The notes: generated by a model not told the origin, from the sequence alone. Positions 34,774 to 45,939 are shown, counted from the stretch's first letter. The stretch is 64,000 nucleotides of DNA from Thermodesulfobacteriota bacterium (GCA_040755095.1 JBFMBH010000006.1:1290-65289); one strand, 5' to 3'. Made by a program: numbers and translations.

Positions 34774-37260
34774 ATGGCCCTGCCTTTGCGCGTGCTCATC
34801 ATCGATCAGTCGCCGGAGGAGGCGGCCTTGCTGGTGGAAAGGCTCACCGCCGGCGGCTTCGACGTGGATTGGCGGCTCGCCGCGACCGCCACCGCCGTGA
34901 CCGAGGCCCTGGAGGAGGAGCGGCCCTGGGAGCTCATGCTGGTGGACTGCGCCTTTGCCGGCTCCCCCTGGCGCTATGCCTTGGCCCTGCTCCGGAAGCG
35001 GCGGCTGGATCTGCCAGCCATCGCGGTGGCCCGGCGGGCGGACGAGGGCACGGTGACTGCCAGCATGCGGGCCGGGGCCCGGGACTTCGTGGCCAAGGAC
35101 CGGCTCGGCCGGCTGCTGCCGGCCGTGCGCCGGGAGATCCAGGAGGCCACGGGCCGGCGGGCCAAGGGCCTGGCCGAAGAGGAGCTCCGGCGCAGCCACC
35201 AGGCCCAGATAGTGTTGAACCGCCTCCTGCATCTGGCCCTGGAGGACGCCCCCCTGGAGAAGTGCCTGGCGCAGCTGATCGCGGCCCTGACCGCCTTCCC
35301 CTGGCTGGCCCTGGAGCCCCGGGGTGCCATCTTCCTCAAGGATGAGGCGTCCCCGACCCTGGTCATGAAGGCGCAGTGCGGCCTGGCGCCGCCCCTCGTG
35401 TCCCGGTGCGATCGGCTGCCCTTCGATCGGTGCCTGTGCGGCCGGGCCGCGGCCAGCCGCGAGGTGATCTTCACCGACGACCTCGACCAGCAGCACGAGA
35501 TCGCCTACCCGGGCATCCACCCCCACGGCCATTACTGCGTGCCGATTCTGGCCCGGGACCGGTCGCTCCTCGGCGTCTTCACCGTGTACACCGAGGCCGG
35601 CGCCCGCCGGGACCGCCGGGTGGAAGAGACCCTCCTGGCGGCGGCCAGCGTCGTGGCCGAGGTGATCAGCCGCAAGCGCACCGAGGCGGCCCTGGCCGCC
35701 AGCGAGGAGCGCTACCGGATCCTGGTGGAGAACATCGACCTGGGCATCACCCTGATCGATCCCCAGCACCGGATCGTCATGACCAATGCCGCCCAGGGCC
35801 GGCTGTTCGGCCGGGATGCCCGCTCGTTCGTGGGCCAGCCCTGCCATGAGGCCTTCGAGAGCCGGCCGACGGTCTGCGACGGCTGCCCCGGCACAGCGGC
35901 CATGACCTCCGGCGAGCCGCAGGAGGCGGAGCGGGAAGGGGTGCGGCCGGATGGCAGCCGTGTTGCCGTGCGGATCCGGGCCTTTCCGGTCATCGACCCA
36001 GGGGGTCGGCCCACCGGCTTCATCGAGGTGGTGGAGGATCTCAGCCGGGCCCGGCAGCTGGAGACCGAGCAGGCGGCCCTGGAGGCCCGGCTGCGCCAGG
36101 CCCAGAAGATGGAGGCCATCGGCACCCTGGCCGGCGGCATCGCCCACGACTTCAACAACATCCTGTCGGCCATTCTCGGCTACAGCGACCTGGCCCGCTC
36201 GGCCCTGCCCCAGGGCAGCCCGATCCGGGACGATGTGGAGCAGGTGGTGCAAGCCGGCCAGCGGGCCAAGGATCTCGTGCAGCAGATCCTCGCCTTCAGC
36301 CGCCAGGCCGAGGTGGAGCACAAGCCCTTGCAGATCCATCTGGTGGTCAAGGAGGTCTTGAAGCTGCTCCGCGCCATCATCCCCAGCACCATCACCCTGC
36401 GCCAGAACATCGAGGCCCGGGCCGGCACGGTGCTGGCCGATCCCGTCCAGATCCACCAGGTGCTCATGAACCTGTGCACCAACGCTTACCAGGCCATGCG
36501 GGAGAGAGGCGGCATCCTGGCCGTGGAGCTGAGTCGCGTCGATCTCCAAGCCCGCGCGACCCGCGGCGACCCCGAGCTGGCCCCCCGGCCGTACGTGCGC
36601 CTGCTCGTGACCGATTCCGGCCCGGGCATCGACGCCGCCATCATCGATCGGATCTTCGAGCCCTATTTCACCACCAAGGCCCAGGGCGAGGGCACCGGCC
36701 TGGGGCTGGCGGTCTCCCACGGCATCGTCACCAACCTGGGTGGCACGGTCACCGTGGCCAATGCACCGGAAGGGGGGGCCATCTTCACTGTTCTCCTGCC
36801 CCGGGTCGAGGAGGAGATCGGGGACGAGGGCCGGGACCATTTGGGATGCCCGGGCGGCCGGGAGCGGGTGCTGCTGGTGGATGACGAGCCGGCGGTCGCC
36901 GGCCTGGAAGGCAGGATCCTGGAACAGCTGGGCTATCAGGTGACGGTGCACACCAGAAGCGTTGCGGCCTTGGCCGCCTTCGAGGCCGCCCCGCAGCGTT
37001 TCGACTGCCTGCTCACCGATCAGACGATGCCGGGCTGCACCGGTCTCGACTTGGCCCGGCAGGTGCTGGCCCGCCGGCCAGGCCTGCCGGTGGTCCTGTG
37101 CACCGGCTTCAGCGAGGGCCTGGACCCGGGGCTGGTACGGCAGGCGGGCATCCGGACGGTGCTCCGCAAGCCGCTCCTGGCGCGGGAGCTGGGAGAGGCG
37201 CTCCGCCGGGTCCTGGATGAAGACAAGGAGCGCTACTCATCCTCCGGCGGGGTGCCGTGA
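34774..37260 (+). CDS. Hybrid sensor histidine kinase: REC-GAF-PAS-HisKA-HATPase-REC (828 aa)
   Basis: N-terminal REC 'RVLIIDQSPEEAALL..ELMLVDCAF'. GAF-like 'HYCVPILARDRSLLGVFTVY'. PAS 'EERYRILVENIDLGITLID'. H-box 'IAHDFNNILSAILGY'. N/G boxes 'QVLMNLCTNAYQA', 'TDSGPGID' and 'GTGLGLAVSHG'. C-terminal REC 'RVLLVDDEP..DCLLTDQTMPG'. ATG 34774. The track start at 34084 is an over-extension. Confidence 0.9.
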   Translation: MALPLRVLIIDQSPEEAALLVERLTAGGFDVDWRLAATATAVTEALEEERPWELMLVDCAFAGSPWRYALALLRKRRLDLPAIAVARRADEGTVTASMRAGARDFVAKDRLGRLLPAVRREIQEATGRRAKGLAEEELRRSHQAQIVLNRLLHLALEDAPLEKCLAQLIAALTAFPWLALEPRGAIFLKDEASPTLVMKAQCGLAPPLVSRCDRLPFDRCLCGRAAASREVIFTDDLDQQHEIAYPGIHPHGHYCVPILARDRSLLGVFTVYTEAGARRDRRVEETLLAAASVVAEVISRKRTEAALAASEERYRILVENIDLGITLIDPQHRIVMTNAAQGRLFGRDARSFVGQPCHEAFESRPTVCDGCPGTAAMTSGEPQEAEREGVRPDGSRVAVRIRAFPVIDPGGRPTGFIEVVEDLSRARQLETEQAALEARLRQAQKMEAIGTLAGGIAHDFNNILSAILGYSDLARSALPQGSPIRDDVEQVVQAGQRAKDLVQQILAFSRQAEVEHKPLQIHLVVKEVLKLLRAIIPSTITLRQNIEARAGTVLADPVQIHQVLMNLCTNAYQAMRERGGILAVELSRVDLQARATRGDPELAPRPYVRLLVTDSGPGIDAAIIDRIFEPYFTTKAQGEGTGLGLAVSHGIVTNLGGTVTVANAPEGGAIFTVLLPRVEEEIGDEGRDHLGCPGGRERVLLVDDEPAVAGLEGRILEQLGYQVTVHTRSVAALAAFEAAPQRFDCLLTDQTMPGCTGLDLARQVLARRPGLPVVLCTGFSEGLDPGLVRQAGIRTVLRKPLLARELGEALRRVLDEDKERYSSSGGVP

Positions 37261-37451
37261 AACTGCGGCGGCAGGGGCTGGGGACCGGGCACGATGCCGG
37301 CGATGTCCGGGTCCTCCCCGTCCTGTCGCGGCGTAGCCGTGGCTCGCCGCTCTTTGGCTTCCAGGCGGCGGGTCTCCTTGTCCTTCTGCTTCTCCCGCCT
37401 CGCCCTTTCCCGATCCCGCTTGTGGCTTAAGGGGCGCGTGCTCTTGGCCAT
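37233..37451 (-). CDS. Small Lys/Arg/Glu-rich protein of unknown function (72 aa)
   Basis: MAKSTRPLSHKRDRERARREKQKDKETRRLEAKERR.. It is preceded by GAGGAGGA 4-5 nt from the ATG. It is convergent with the kinase 3' end and overlaps it by 28 nt. No family assignment. Confidence 0.4.
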   Translation of the reverse strand: MAKSTRPLSHKRDRERARREKQKDKETRRLEAKERRATATPRQDGEDPDIAGIVPGPQPLPPQFHGTPPEDE

Positions 37452-37521
37452 GGGGTCCTCCTCGGCCCGGTTCAGCCCGGACCCACCCGTGGAGCGGCCG
37501 GCCAGCCGTCCAGGACTCCGG

Positions 37522-37564
37522 GCAAAAAAAGAGGGCTGTCTCCAGCCGCAGCTGGAGACAGCCC
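37522..37564 (-). terminator. Rho-independent terminator downstream of the cold-shock gene
   Basis: Perfect 14-bp stem GGGCTGTCTCCAGC (37533..37546 / 37551..37564) with a 4-nt loop, followed on the minus strand by TCTTTTTTTG. Confidence 0.85.
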
Positions 37565-37596
37565 CACCTCGATGACGCGATCAAGGCCGGCTGTTC

Positions 37597-37809
37597 TCAG
37601 CGGCCCACTTTGACGACATTCTCCGCCGCCGGGCCCTTCTGGCCCTGGACGATGTCGAACTCCACTCGCTCGCCCTCGACCAAGGACCTGAAGCCCTCCG
37701 ACCGGATCGCCGAGTGATGGACGAAACAGTCCTTCTGCCCGCCATCCGGCGTGATGAACCCGAACCCCTTGCTGTCATTGAACCACTTCACGGTACCGGT
37801 GTTGCGCAT
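37597..37809 (-). CDS. Cold-shock domain protein (CspA family, 70 aa)
   Basis: '[31 protein letters not shown]' (RNP1/RNP2 motifs). ATG 37809 is preceded by AAGGGAG with a 7-nt spacer. The track start at 37986 runs into the tRNA. Confidence 0.9.
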   Translation of the reverse strand: MRNTGTVKWFNDSKGFGFITPDGGQKDCFVHHSAIRSEGFRSLVEGERVEFDIVQGQKGPAAENVVKVGR

Positions 37810-37941
37810 TGCGATGCTCCCTTCTGCCTGCAGTGTTGTCGGGAAACAGCAAAAGGGGCCCGGTAATCTGCCCAGGTCCCCTTCTGTCAGCTCCCTGATG
37901 GCGCGGCACCCACCCGGGCGCCGCATATAGAACGTATCCTT

Positions 37942-38017
<76 letters not shown>

Positions 38018-38056
38018 ACGCGATCAACTCAAAGAACGACGGCAAACGAGCCGTGA

Positions 38057-38085
38057 TTTTTACCATGGGGCCGGCGAGGTGTCAA
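38057..38085 (-). promoter_or_regulatory. Sigma70-like promoter for tRNA-Ala(GGC), possibly also driving csp
   Basis: Minus strand TTGACA (38085..38080), 17-nt spacer, TAAAAA (38062..38057), about 40 nt upstream of the tRNA 5' end. Confidence 0.5.
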
Positions 38086-38252
38086 GCCCTTTCCGAACCC
38101 GGTTGCCACCACCCTTGCCAAGCCCGGGCCAGTCTGGTAAGGTAGCGCCGTTTTGACAGTCTGCCCGCGGGCATCCGTTCGTCGCAGGGGGCGCGGCCCA
38201 GCGCCCTGCCGGCGGCGAGGCGGTGCCTCTCCGGCCACCCCCCTGGCAGTGA

Positions 38253-39365
<1,113 letters not shown>

Positions 39366-39600
39366 CGGGCATGACCGATCTCTCCTCTGAGCACGAAAGA
39401 ACAACGAACAGCGAATAGCGGACAAGGAATGTCCAACCGCAAAAAGGAACCGGCAGAACTGATCCGAAACGTCAACTGCCGATCCCTTCAACCTTCGAAA
39501 TTCCTTGTTGGATATTCTGCAGTTCGTCTTTCACGGTAATCCACCCCTTGCCACCTTGTCGCCCGCCATCATCCACCGGGATCCGGCCGGCAGCTCCCGC

Positions 39601-40440
39601 ATGCGCAAGAAGCCGAAGCAACGGCGGCAGGCGCTGGGGTTCGCCCTCTTCGGGCTGGCCCTCACCGCGCTGTTCATCGTTGTCGTCACCAACGTCGGCC
39701 GGCAACAGGAGCTGGCCGCCCCGCAGAAGCTGGCCCTGGAGATCCTGGGACGGGTGCAGGCGGGCTTGACCGGCGTGACCTCCCATCTGACCAGCTTCTG
39801 GCAGGACTATCTGGCCATCCTCGAGACCAGACAGGAGAACGAGCGGCTGCGGCAGGACCTGGCCCAGGCCAGGGCCCTGACCGCCGAGTACCGGGAGGCC
39901 GTGGCCACCAACGTCCGCCTGGCCAAGCTCCTGGACCTCAAGGAATCATTGGAGGACCCCAGCCTGACCGCCCGGGTCATTGGCCGGGATCCCTCCTTGT
40001 GGTTCCGGACCATCATCATCGACCGGGGCGCCAGCGACGGGGTGCAAAAGGGGATGCCGGTGGTCGCGCCGGAGGGGGTGGTCGGGCAGATCATGAACGC
40101 CTCGCCCCATTACGCCAAGGTCCTCCTGGCCAACGACCCCAACAGCGCCATTGACGCTCTGGTGCAGCGCTCCCGGATCCAGGGTATGATCAAGGGCCGC
40201 GAGCCGAATCTCCTGGATCTCCACTACGTGCTCAAGAGCACCGATGTCCAGGCGGACGATTCCGTGGTCACCTCCGGCATGGGCGGCATCTTTCCCAAGG
40301 GCTTGCCAGTGGGCCGGGTGACCCGGGTCGTCAACAACTCGGCCGGCATGTTCCAGGCCATCGAGGTGGTGCCGGCCGTGGATTTCGCCGGGCTGGAGCA
40401 CGTGATCATCATCCTCAAGAAAAACCCCCTGGCCGAGTAG
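39601..40440 (+). CDS. mreC: Rod shape-determining protein MreC
   Basis: N-terminal TM 'LGFALFGLALTALFIVVV', coiled coil 'ENERLRQDLAQARAL', beta-domain 'GMPVVAPEGVVGQI..' and 'VVTSGMGGIFPKGLPVGRV'. It sits between mreB and mreD. Start is ATG 39601. Confidence 0.85.
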   Translation: MRKKPKQRRQALGFALFGLALTALFIVVVTNVGRQQELAAPQKLALEILGRVQAGLTGVTSHLTSFWQDYLAILETRQENERLRQDLAQARALTAEYREAVATNVRLAKLLDLKESLEDPSLTARVIGRDPSLWFRTIIIDRGASDGVQKGMPVVAPEGVVGQIMNASPHYAKVLLANDPNSAIDALVQRSRIQGMIKGREPNLLDLHYVLKSTDVQADDSVVTSGMGGIFPKGLPVGRVTRVVNNSAGMFQAIEVVPAVDFAGLEHVIIILKKNPLAE

Positions 40441-40445
40441 CGGTC

Positions 40446-40952
40446 GTGGTGTACCTGGGCTTCTTTCTCCTCGGCCTCCTCTGTCTGGCCGTGGCCACCA
40501 GCGTTTTGCCCCTCCTGCCGGCGGCCTGCGGCCGGCCGGAGCCCTTGTCCGCCCTCGTCACCTTCTGCGGCCTGCGCCTGGACCCGTTGCCCGGGGCGCT
40601 CCTGGTGCTGCTTCTGGGCCTGGTCACGGATATCTACTCCGGGGTCTTTTCCGGCCTCTACCCCATCGTCTACCTGGGCCTTTTCTGCCTGTTCAAGCTC
40701 TGCTCCCCGCACCTGCTGGTGGAATCCCCGTTTCTGGTGCTGCCCGTGGCGGCGGCCTCCGCCCTGGCGGTCAACGGCGGCCTCTATCTCTTCCATCTGG
40801 TGCTGGCCGCCGACAGCCTCTTTGCCTGGTCCTGGCTGGCCACCGGCCTGCAAGCGGCGGTGGTGGGGCTCCTGGCCATTCCCCTCTTCCGCATCCTGGA
40901 CCGCCTGCTCGTGATCGGGCGTCCCAAGGGCCGCAACACCCTCCGCCCATGA
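40446..40952 (+). CDS. mreD: Rod shape-determining protein MreD
   Basis: 168-aa polytopic membrane protein immediately after mreC. GTG start. Its stop overlaps the mrdA ATG (ATGA). Confidence 0.75.
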   Translation: MVYLGFFLLGLLCLAVATSVLPLLPAACGRPEPLSALVTFCGLRLDPLPGALLVLLLGLVTDIYSGVFSGLYPIVYLGLFCLFKLCSPHLLVESPFLVLPVAAASALAVNGGLYLFHLVLAADSLFAWSWLATGLQAAVVGLLAIPLFRILDRLLVIGRPKGRNTLRP

Positions 40953-42835
40953 GACGACTCACCATCAACAAGGCCGAGGAGATCGAGCTGGAGCTCCTCA
41001 AGAAGCGGCTGGACATCGCCACAGTGGTGGTCATCACCGGCCTGGCGATCCTCATCGCCCGCCTCTGGTTCCTCCAGATCCACAAAGGGGACGAGTTCGC
41101 CGACCTGGCCCGCCGCAACCGCATCCGCGCCCACACTGTGATGGCGCCCCGGGGGACGATCTTCGACGCCAAGGGCCGCAAGATCGTCACCAACCAGCCC
41201 TGCTTCAACGTGGTCTGGAACCGGGAGGATGCCGAGGATCCCGACGCGGTCATCAAGCACCTGTCCCGGGTGCTGGGAGAGGATGTCTCAGTCCTCCTGG
41301 ACCGGATCCGGGATGCCGCCGATGATCCCCGGCATCTGCCGGTGCGGCTCAAGGAGAACATCGACTGGCCGACCCTGGTGCATGTGGAGAACGTCCGCTT
41401 CGAGCTGCCAGGCAGCCAGGTGGAGGTGGTGCCCCGCCGGGAGTACCTGTACGGGGACATGGCCTCCCACCTCATCGGCTACCTGGCCGAGATCAGCCAG
41501 AAGGAGCTGGAGCAGCACGGGGACGACGGCTACGAGCCCGGGGACCTCATCGGCAAGATGGGGGTGGAAAAGCTTCAGGAGCCTTATCTCCGGGGCGAAA
41601 AGGGCAAGCGCTACCTGGAGGTGGATGTGCACGGCAACCTGCAGCGCCTGGTGGACGAGCGTCTGCCAGTGGCGGGCAACGACCTGGTCCTGACCCTGGA
41701 CGCCGACCTGCAGCTGGCTGCCGAGCGGGCCATGGCCGACCGGGCCGGGGCGGTGGTGGCCATGGACGTCAACAGCGGCCGCCTCCTGGCGCTGGCCTCG
41801 GCCCCGGGCCTGACCCTGGCGGACTTCCTGGGCGGCATCTCCCGCCCCAAGTGGGACAGCCTCCAGCAGGACCCCCTGCGCCCGCTCCTCAACAAGACGA
41901 TCCAGGGCCAGTACCCGCCCGGCTCCACCTACAAGATCGTGACCGCACTGGCCGGCCTGGCAGAGCGTGTCATCACCCCCGAGACCTCCTTCTTCTGCGG
42001 CGGCTCCCTGTACTTCGGCAACCGCTCGTACGGCTGCTGGAAGAAGGGCGGCCACGGCCAGGTCAGCCTGCACGATGCCCTGGTCCAGTCCTGTGACGTC
42101 TACTTCTACCAGGTGGGCCTGAAGGTGGGGGTGGATGCCCTGGCCAAATACGCCAACAGCCTCGGCCTCGGGCTCCTCTCCGGGATCGACCTGGAGAACG
42201 AAAAGCCAGGCCTTATCCCGACTGCTGCCTGGAAGGCCCGCGCCAAGAAGGTGCCGTGGCAGGAGGGCGAGACCCTCTCCATCGCCATCGGCCAGGGCTT
42301 TGACCTCGTCACCCCCTTGCAGCTGTGCCGGATGATGGCCGCGGTGGCCAACGGCGGCACCCTCTACCGCCCCCAGTTCATCGAGATGGTCAAAGGCCCC
42401 GACGGCCAGCCGTTGCGGAGCTTCACCCCGATCATCGATGGCCGAGCACCGTTTACACCCAAGCAGCTGGAGCTGGTGAAGAAGGCCCTGGCGGGGGTGG
42501 TCAACGAGCCGCGGGGCACCGGCAGCGCGGCCCGTCTCAAGGAGGTGGTGGTGGGCGGCAAAACCGGCACCGCCCAGGTGGTGCGTCTGGCCCGCTACAA
42601 GGAGACCGCCGAGAAGGACGTGCCCCTCCAGTACCGGGACCACGCCTGGTTCGTCTGCTTCGCGCCGGTCGACAAGCCCGAGATCGCGGTGGCGGTCCTG
42701 GTCGAGCACGGCGGCCACGGTGGCTCGGCGGCGGGGCCGGTGGCCAATGCGGTGCTCAAGGCCTATTTCAACATTCCCGAAGCCAGAGAGGTGGACAGCC
42801 GTGCACAGCAAGTGGCCGACGCTGCGGTTCGATAG
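40949..42835 (+). CDS. mrdA: Penicillin-binding protein 2 (elongasome transpeptidase)
   Basis: 'RGTIFDAKGRKIVTN' and the active-site motifs 'STYK', 'SCD' and 'KTGTAQ'. Located in the mreBCD-mrdA-rodA context. Confidence 0.9.
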   Translation: MRRLTINKAEEIELELLKKRLDIATVVVITGLAILIARLWFLQIHKGDEFADLARRNRIRAHTVMAPRGTIFDAKGRKIVTNQPCFNVVWNREDAEDPDAVIKHLSRVLGEDVSVLLDRIRDAADDPRHLPVRLKENIDWPTLVHVENVRFELPGSQVEVVPRREYLYGDMASHLIGYLAEISQKELEQHGDDGYEPGDLIGKMGVEKLQEPYLRGEKGKRYLEVDVHGNLQRLVDERLPVAGNDLVLTLDADLQLAAERAMADRAGAVVAMDVNSGRLLALASAPGLTLADFLGGISRPKWDSLQQDPLRPLLNKTIQGQYPPGSTYKIVTALAGLAERVITPETSFFCGGSLYFGNRSYGCWKKGGHGQVSLHDALVQSCDVYFYQVGLKVGVDALAKYANSLGLGLLSGIDLENEKPGLIPTAAWKARAKKVPWQEGETLSIAIGQGFDLVTPLQLCRMMAAVANGGTLYRPQFIEMVKGPDGQPLRSFTPIIDGRAPFTPKQLELVKKALAGVVNEPRGTGSAARLKEVVVGGKTGTAQVVRLARYKETAEKDVPLQYRDHAWFVCFAPVDKPEIAVAVLVEHGGHGGSAAGPVANAVLKAYFNIPEAREVDSRAQQVADAAVR

Positions 42836-43925
42836 GCGCCTGCTTCTGAACTTCGACTGGGTGCTCCTGGTCGCGGTCCTGGCGGTGATCGGCCTGGGCA
42901 TCGCCAACCTCTACAGCGCCGGCTACGGCGGCCATGCTGGCACGCCGGTCTATCTCAAGCAGCTCTCCTACACCCTGGTGGGTCTGGGCTTCTTTGTCCT
43001 CCTCATGGGCCTCGACTACCGGCTTCTGGGCAAGTACGCGCCGGTCCTGTACCTGGCGGTGGTCTTCGCCCTGGTCCTGGCCGCGGTGATGGGCAAGACC
43101 GTCTCCGGCTCCCAGCGCTGGATCGATCTCGGCATCTTCCGCCTCCAGCCCTCGGAGCCGGCCAAGCTGGCCCTGGTGATCACCCTGGCCAGCTACTACT
43201 TCCGCAAAGACACCGGCAAAGGCTTCACCCTGCCGGAGCTGGCCGCGCCCATGGCCCTCACCGGCCTGCCTTTTGTCCTCATCCTCCTGCAGCCGGACCT
43301 GGGCACCGCCATGATGCTGGCCATCCTCTTCGGCTCCATCACCCTCTTCGTGAAGCTGACCTGGCCCACCTTCATCGTCCTGGCCAGCGGCGCCGTCTCG
43401 GCAGCGGTGGTGGCCTGGAAATACGTGCTCAAGCCATACCAGATCCAGCGAATCCTGACCTTCCTCGACCCGGAGCAGGACCCGTCCGGGGCTGGCTACC
43501 ACATCCTGCAGTCCAAGATCGCGGTGGGCAGCGGTCTCAAGTTCGGCAAGGGCTGGCTGCAGGGAACCCAGGGCCATCTCGACTTCCTGCCCGAGCGCCA
43601 CACCGACTTCGCCTTCTCGGTCTGGGGCGAGGAATGGGGCTTCGTCGGCTCCCTCGTCTTCCTGGGCTGCTACTTCTTCCTCATCCTCTGGGGCCTCAAC
43701 ATCGCCCTCCACGCCAAGGACAAGTTTGGGGTGCTTCTGGCCTTCGGCATCGTCACCCTCCTCTTCTGGCAGGCCTTCATCAACCTGGCCATGGTCCTGG
43801 GCCTCTTGCCGGTGGTGGGCATCCCCCTGCCCATGGTCTCCTACGGCGGCTCCTCCCTACTCACCACCCTCATGGGCCTGGGCATCCTCATGAGCATCCG
43901 CATGCGGCGGTTCTTGATCGTCTAG
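42801..43925 (+). CDS. rodA: Peptidoglycan glycosyltransferase RodA (SEDS family)
   Basis: 'RWIDLGIFRLQPSEPAKLALVI', 'LLQPDLGTAMM', 'LPERHTDFAFSVWGEEWGF' and 'PLPMVSYGGSSLL'. GTG 42801 (GAGG upstream) overlaps the mrdA 3' end by 35 nt. The start is uncertain. Confidence 0.85.
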   Translation: MHSKWPTLRFDRRLLLNFDWVLLVAVLAVIGLGIANLYSAGYGGHAGTPVYLKQLSYTLVGLGFFVLLMGLDYRLLGKYAPVLYLAVVFALVLAAVMGKTVSGSQRWIDLGIFRLQPSEPAKLALVITLASYYFRKDTGKGFTLPELAAPMALTGLPFVLILLQPDLGTAMMLAILFGSITLFVKLTWPTFIVLASGAVSAAVVAWKYVLKPYQIQRILTFLDPEQDPSGAGYHILQSKIAVGSGLKFGKGWLQGTQGHLDFLPERHTDFAFSVWGEEWGFVGSLVFLGCYFFLILWGLNIALHAKDKFGVLLAFGIVTLLFWQAFINLAMVLGLLPVVGIPLPMVSYGGSSLLTTLMGLGILMSIRMRRFLIV

Positions 43926-43926
43926 A

Positions 43927-45930
43927 TCAGCCCTGCGGCGCCGGCCGCCGTGCCGGTGCCGCCGCCAACAGCTGCGGATCCGGGCCGGCCAGCACCCGGT
44001 CGTCGGCCGTCGCCGGCCCCCCGCCACCCATGAACGTCAGCCCGCTGTCCCGGCGGTGCTCCGGAAAGGTGTAGCCGTCCTCCAGGAACAGGGAGAGACA
44101 GGCGTCGACCGCCTGGACGTCGTAGCGGCTGCCGCGGCCGGCGCTGATCTCCGCCAGGGCCCGATCCAGGCCCAGGGCTGGCCGGTACGGGCGATGGGAG
44201 GAGAGCGCCTCCACCACATCGGCAATGGCCAGGATCCGGGCCGCCGGCTGGATCCCCTCGCCGGTCAGCCCGTGGGGATAGCCGGAGCCGTCCAGCCGCT
44301 CGTGGTGCTGGCGCACCGTCTCGGCCAGGGGCCAGGGGAACTCGATGCCCCTGAGGATGTTGAAGCCGATCTCCGGGTGGGGCTTGAGGATGGCCAGCTC
44401 AGCGGCGGACAACCGGCCCGGATGGCAGAGGATATCGGACGGCACCCGGATCTTGCCGATGTCGTGCAGCACCCCGGCCATGTGGACCCCCTCCACCCGA
44501 TGGGAATCGAAGCCCAGCTTCAGGGCCAGGGCGGCGGCCAGGTTGGCTACCCGCTGCTGGTGGCCCGCTGTGTAAGGATCGCGCATCTCGACGATCAGGG
44601 CCATGGCCTCCACGGTGCCGCTCACCGTCTTGGCCAGCTCCTCGGTCCGCTCGGCCACCCGCAGCTCCAGCTCGTCATGGGCCTTCCGGAGCGCCTCCTC
44701 GGCCAGCTTCCGCTCGGTGATGTCGTGGACCATGAGCACGTAGCCGGTGATCTTCCCCTGCCGGTCGATGATCGCTGAGGCCCGGGCACTGAGATGCTGC
44801 TTGCCGCCGGCCCGCTGCCGCTCGATGAGGAAGGCAGAGCGCTCGCCATTGTGGAGAATGCCCAGCACCCCATGGATCCGGGACATGACCGGTCCCTGGC
44901 CGCCGTGCAGGGACGAGAGGTCCCGGCCCAGAACCGTGGCGGACCGGAGGCCGAAGATCTGCTCGGCGCCGGGGTTGAAATAGGTGACCCTCTGGTCGAG
45001 GCCCACGGCGATGATGCCGTAGTCGATGGCGGACTGGAGGATGTTATCCAGGTAGGTGGTCTTTTCGGCCAGATCCAGGGAGGTGGAGTGGATGACGAAG
45101 TCCTTCTCCCGGATGACGAAATCCTTTTCCTTGATGATCTCGTTCAAGGCCTGGATGTATTTTCCCTCCAGCCCCTTGACCATGTCGGACTGGGTGGCCA
45201 GCCCCTCGATGGTGCCATCGCTGTCCGCCACCACCAGGCGCCGCAGCCTCTTTCGCTTCATGATCTCGATGGCGAGGGGCAACGGGGTATCGCCGGCCAC
45301 CGACTGCAGAGAGCGGCTCATGACCTCTCCCACCCGGACCTGACTGAGGTCCGGGTAGTCCAGGAGCAGCCGGGAGACATCCCGCTCGCTGATGATGCCC
45401 ACCGGCTGCCGGCCTTCCGTGATGACGATGCAGCTCATGGACCGCTCGGCCATGCGCACCAGGGCCTCCCGGACATCAGTCTCGGGCGGCACGGTCAGGA
45501 CGACCCTGGTCATCACCTGGGCGATGCGCTTCATCTCCACAAAGGACTCGAAGGAGAGATGCTCGACGATGTCGGTGAGGGTGACCACCCCCACCAGCCG
45601 CTCGTCCTCGTCCACCACCGCCAGGTGGCGCAGGTGGTGCGCCGAGAAAAGGCTGTAGGCCTCGAAGATGTCCACCTGGCGGCCGGCGGTGATCACCGGG
45701 GTGCTCATGATCGCGCGCACCTCGCAGCTGTCCACCGCTGGCCCCTGGCCGGGGATGAGCCGGACCAGGTTGCGCTCGGTGACGATCCCGGCCGGCCGGC
45801 CACCTTCGGTCACCAGGATGCAGCTCACATGATGCGCCCGCATGAGCCGCAACGCCTCCGACACCTTGGTCGCCGGTGCCACACTGATGACCTCGGTGGT
45901 CAGGATATCGGCCAGCTTGGATGTGTCCAT
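43927..45930 (-). CDS. CBS(x4)-PAS-HD-GYP signalling protein, a probable c-di-GMP phosphodiesterase
   Basis: Four CBS repeats ('VSCILVTEGGRPAGIVTERNL', 'LAVVDEDERLVGVVTLTDI', 'SCIVITEGRQPVGIISERDV', 'LVVADSDGTIEGLATQSDM'). PAS 'GIIAVGLDQRVTYFNPGAEQIFG'. HD-GYP 'GHQQRV..GVLHDIGKIRVP..HHERLDGSGYPHGL'. Confidence 0.85.
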   Translation of the reverse strand: MDTSKLADILTTEVISVAPATKVSEALRLMRAHHVSCILVTEGGRPAGIVTERNLVRLIPGQGPAVDSCEVRAIMSTPVITAGRQVDIFEAYSLFSAHHLRHLAVVDEDERLVGVVTLTDIVEHLSFESFVEMKRIAQVMTRVVLTVPPETDVREALVRMAERSMSCIVITEGRQPVGIISERDVSRLLLDYPDLSQVRVGEVMSRSLQSVAGDTPLPLAIEIMKRKRLRRLVVADSDGTIEGLATQSDMVKGLEGKYIQALNEIIKEKDFVIREKDFVIHSTSLDLAEKTTYLDNILQSAIDYGIIAVGLDQRVTYFNPGAEQIFGLRSATVLGRDLSSLHGGQGPVMSRIHGVLGILHNGERSAFLIERQRAGGKQHLSARASAIIDRQGKITGYVLMVHDITERKLAEEALRKAHDELELRVAERTEELAKTVSGTVEAMALIVEMRDPYTAGHQQRVANLAAALALKLGFDSHRVEGVHMAGVLHDIGKIRVPSDILCHPGRLSAAELAILKPHPEIGFNILRGIEFPWPLAETVRQHHERLDGSGYPHGLTGEGIQPAARILAIADVVEALSSHRPYRPALGLDRALAEISAGRGSRYDVQAVDACLSLFLEDGYTFPEHRRDSGLTFMGGGGPATADDRVLAGPDPQLLAAAPARRPAPQG

Positions 45931-45939
45931 GGAGCCCCC

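Noticed and set aside
37810-37941. Possible separate promoter, terminator or cold-box leader between tRNA-Ala(GGC) and csp.
   Set aside because: An imperfect hairpin plus TTTT (minus strand GGGGACC..GGGCCCCTTTT) is present, but it has a mismatch. No convincing -35/-10 pair follows it. I could not decide between co-transcription with the tRNA and an independent csp promoter.
45091-45132. Tandem 21-nt duplication inside the HD-GYP gene (protein ..KEKDFVIREKDFVI..).
   Set aside because: The two units differ mainly at synonymous positions, so this is an old, in-frame linker duplication between the CBS and PAS regions. It is not a recent repeat expansion or a mobile-element scar. Low significance.
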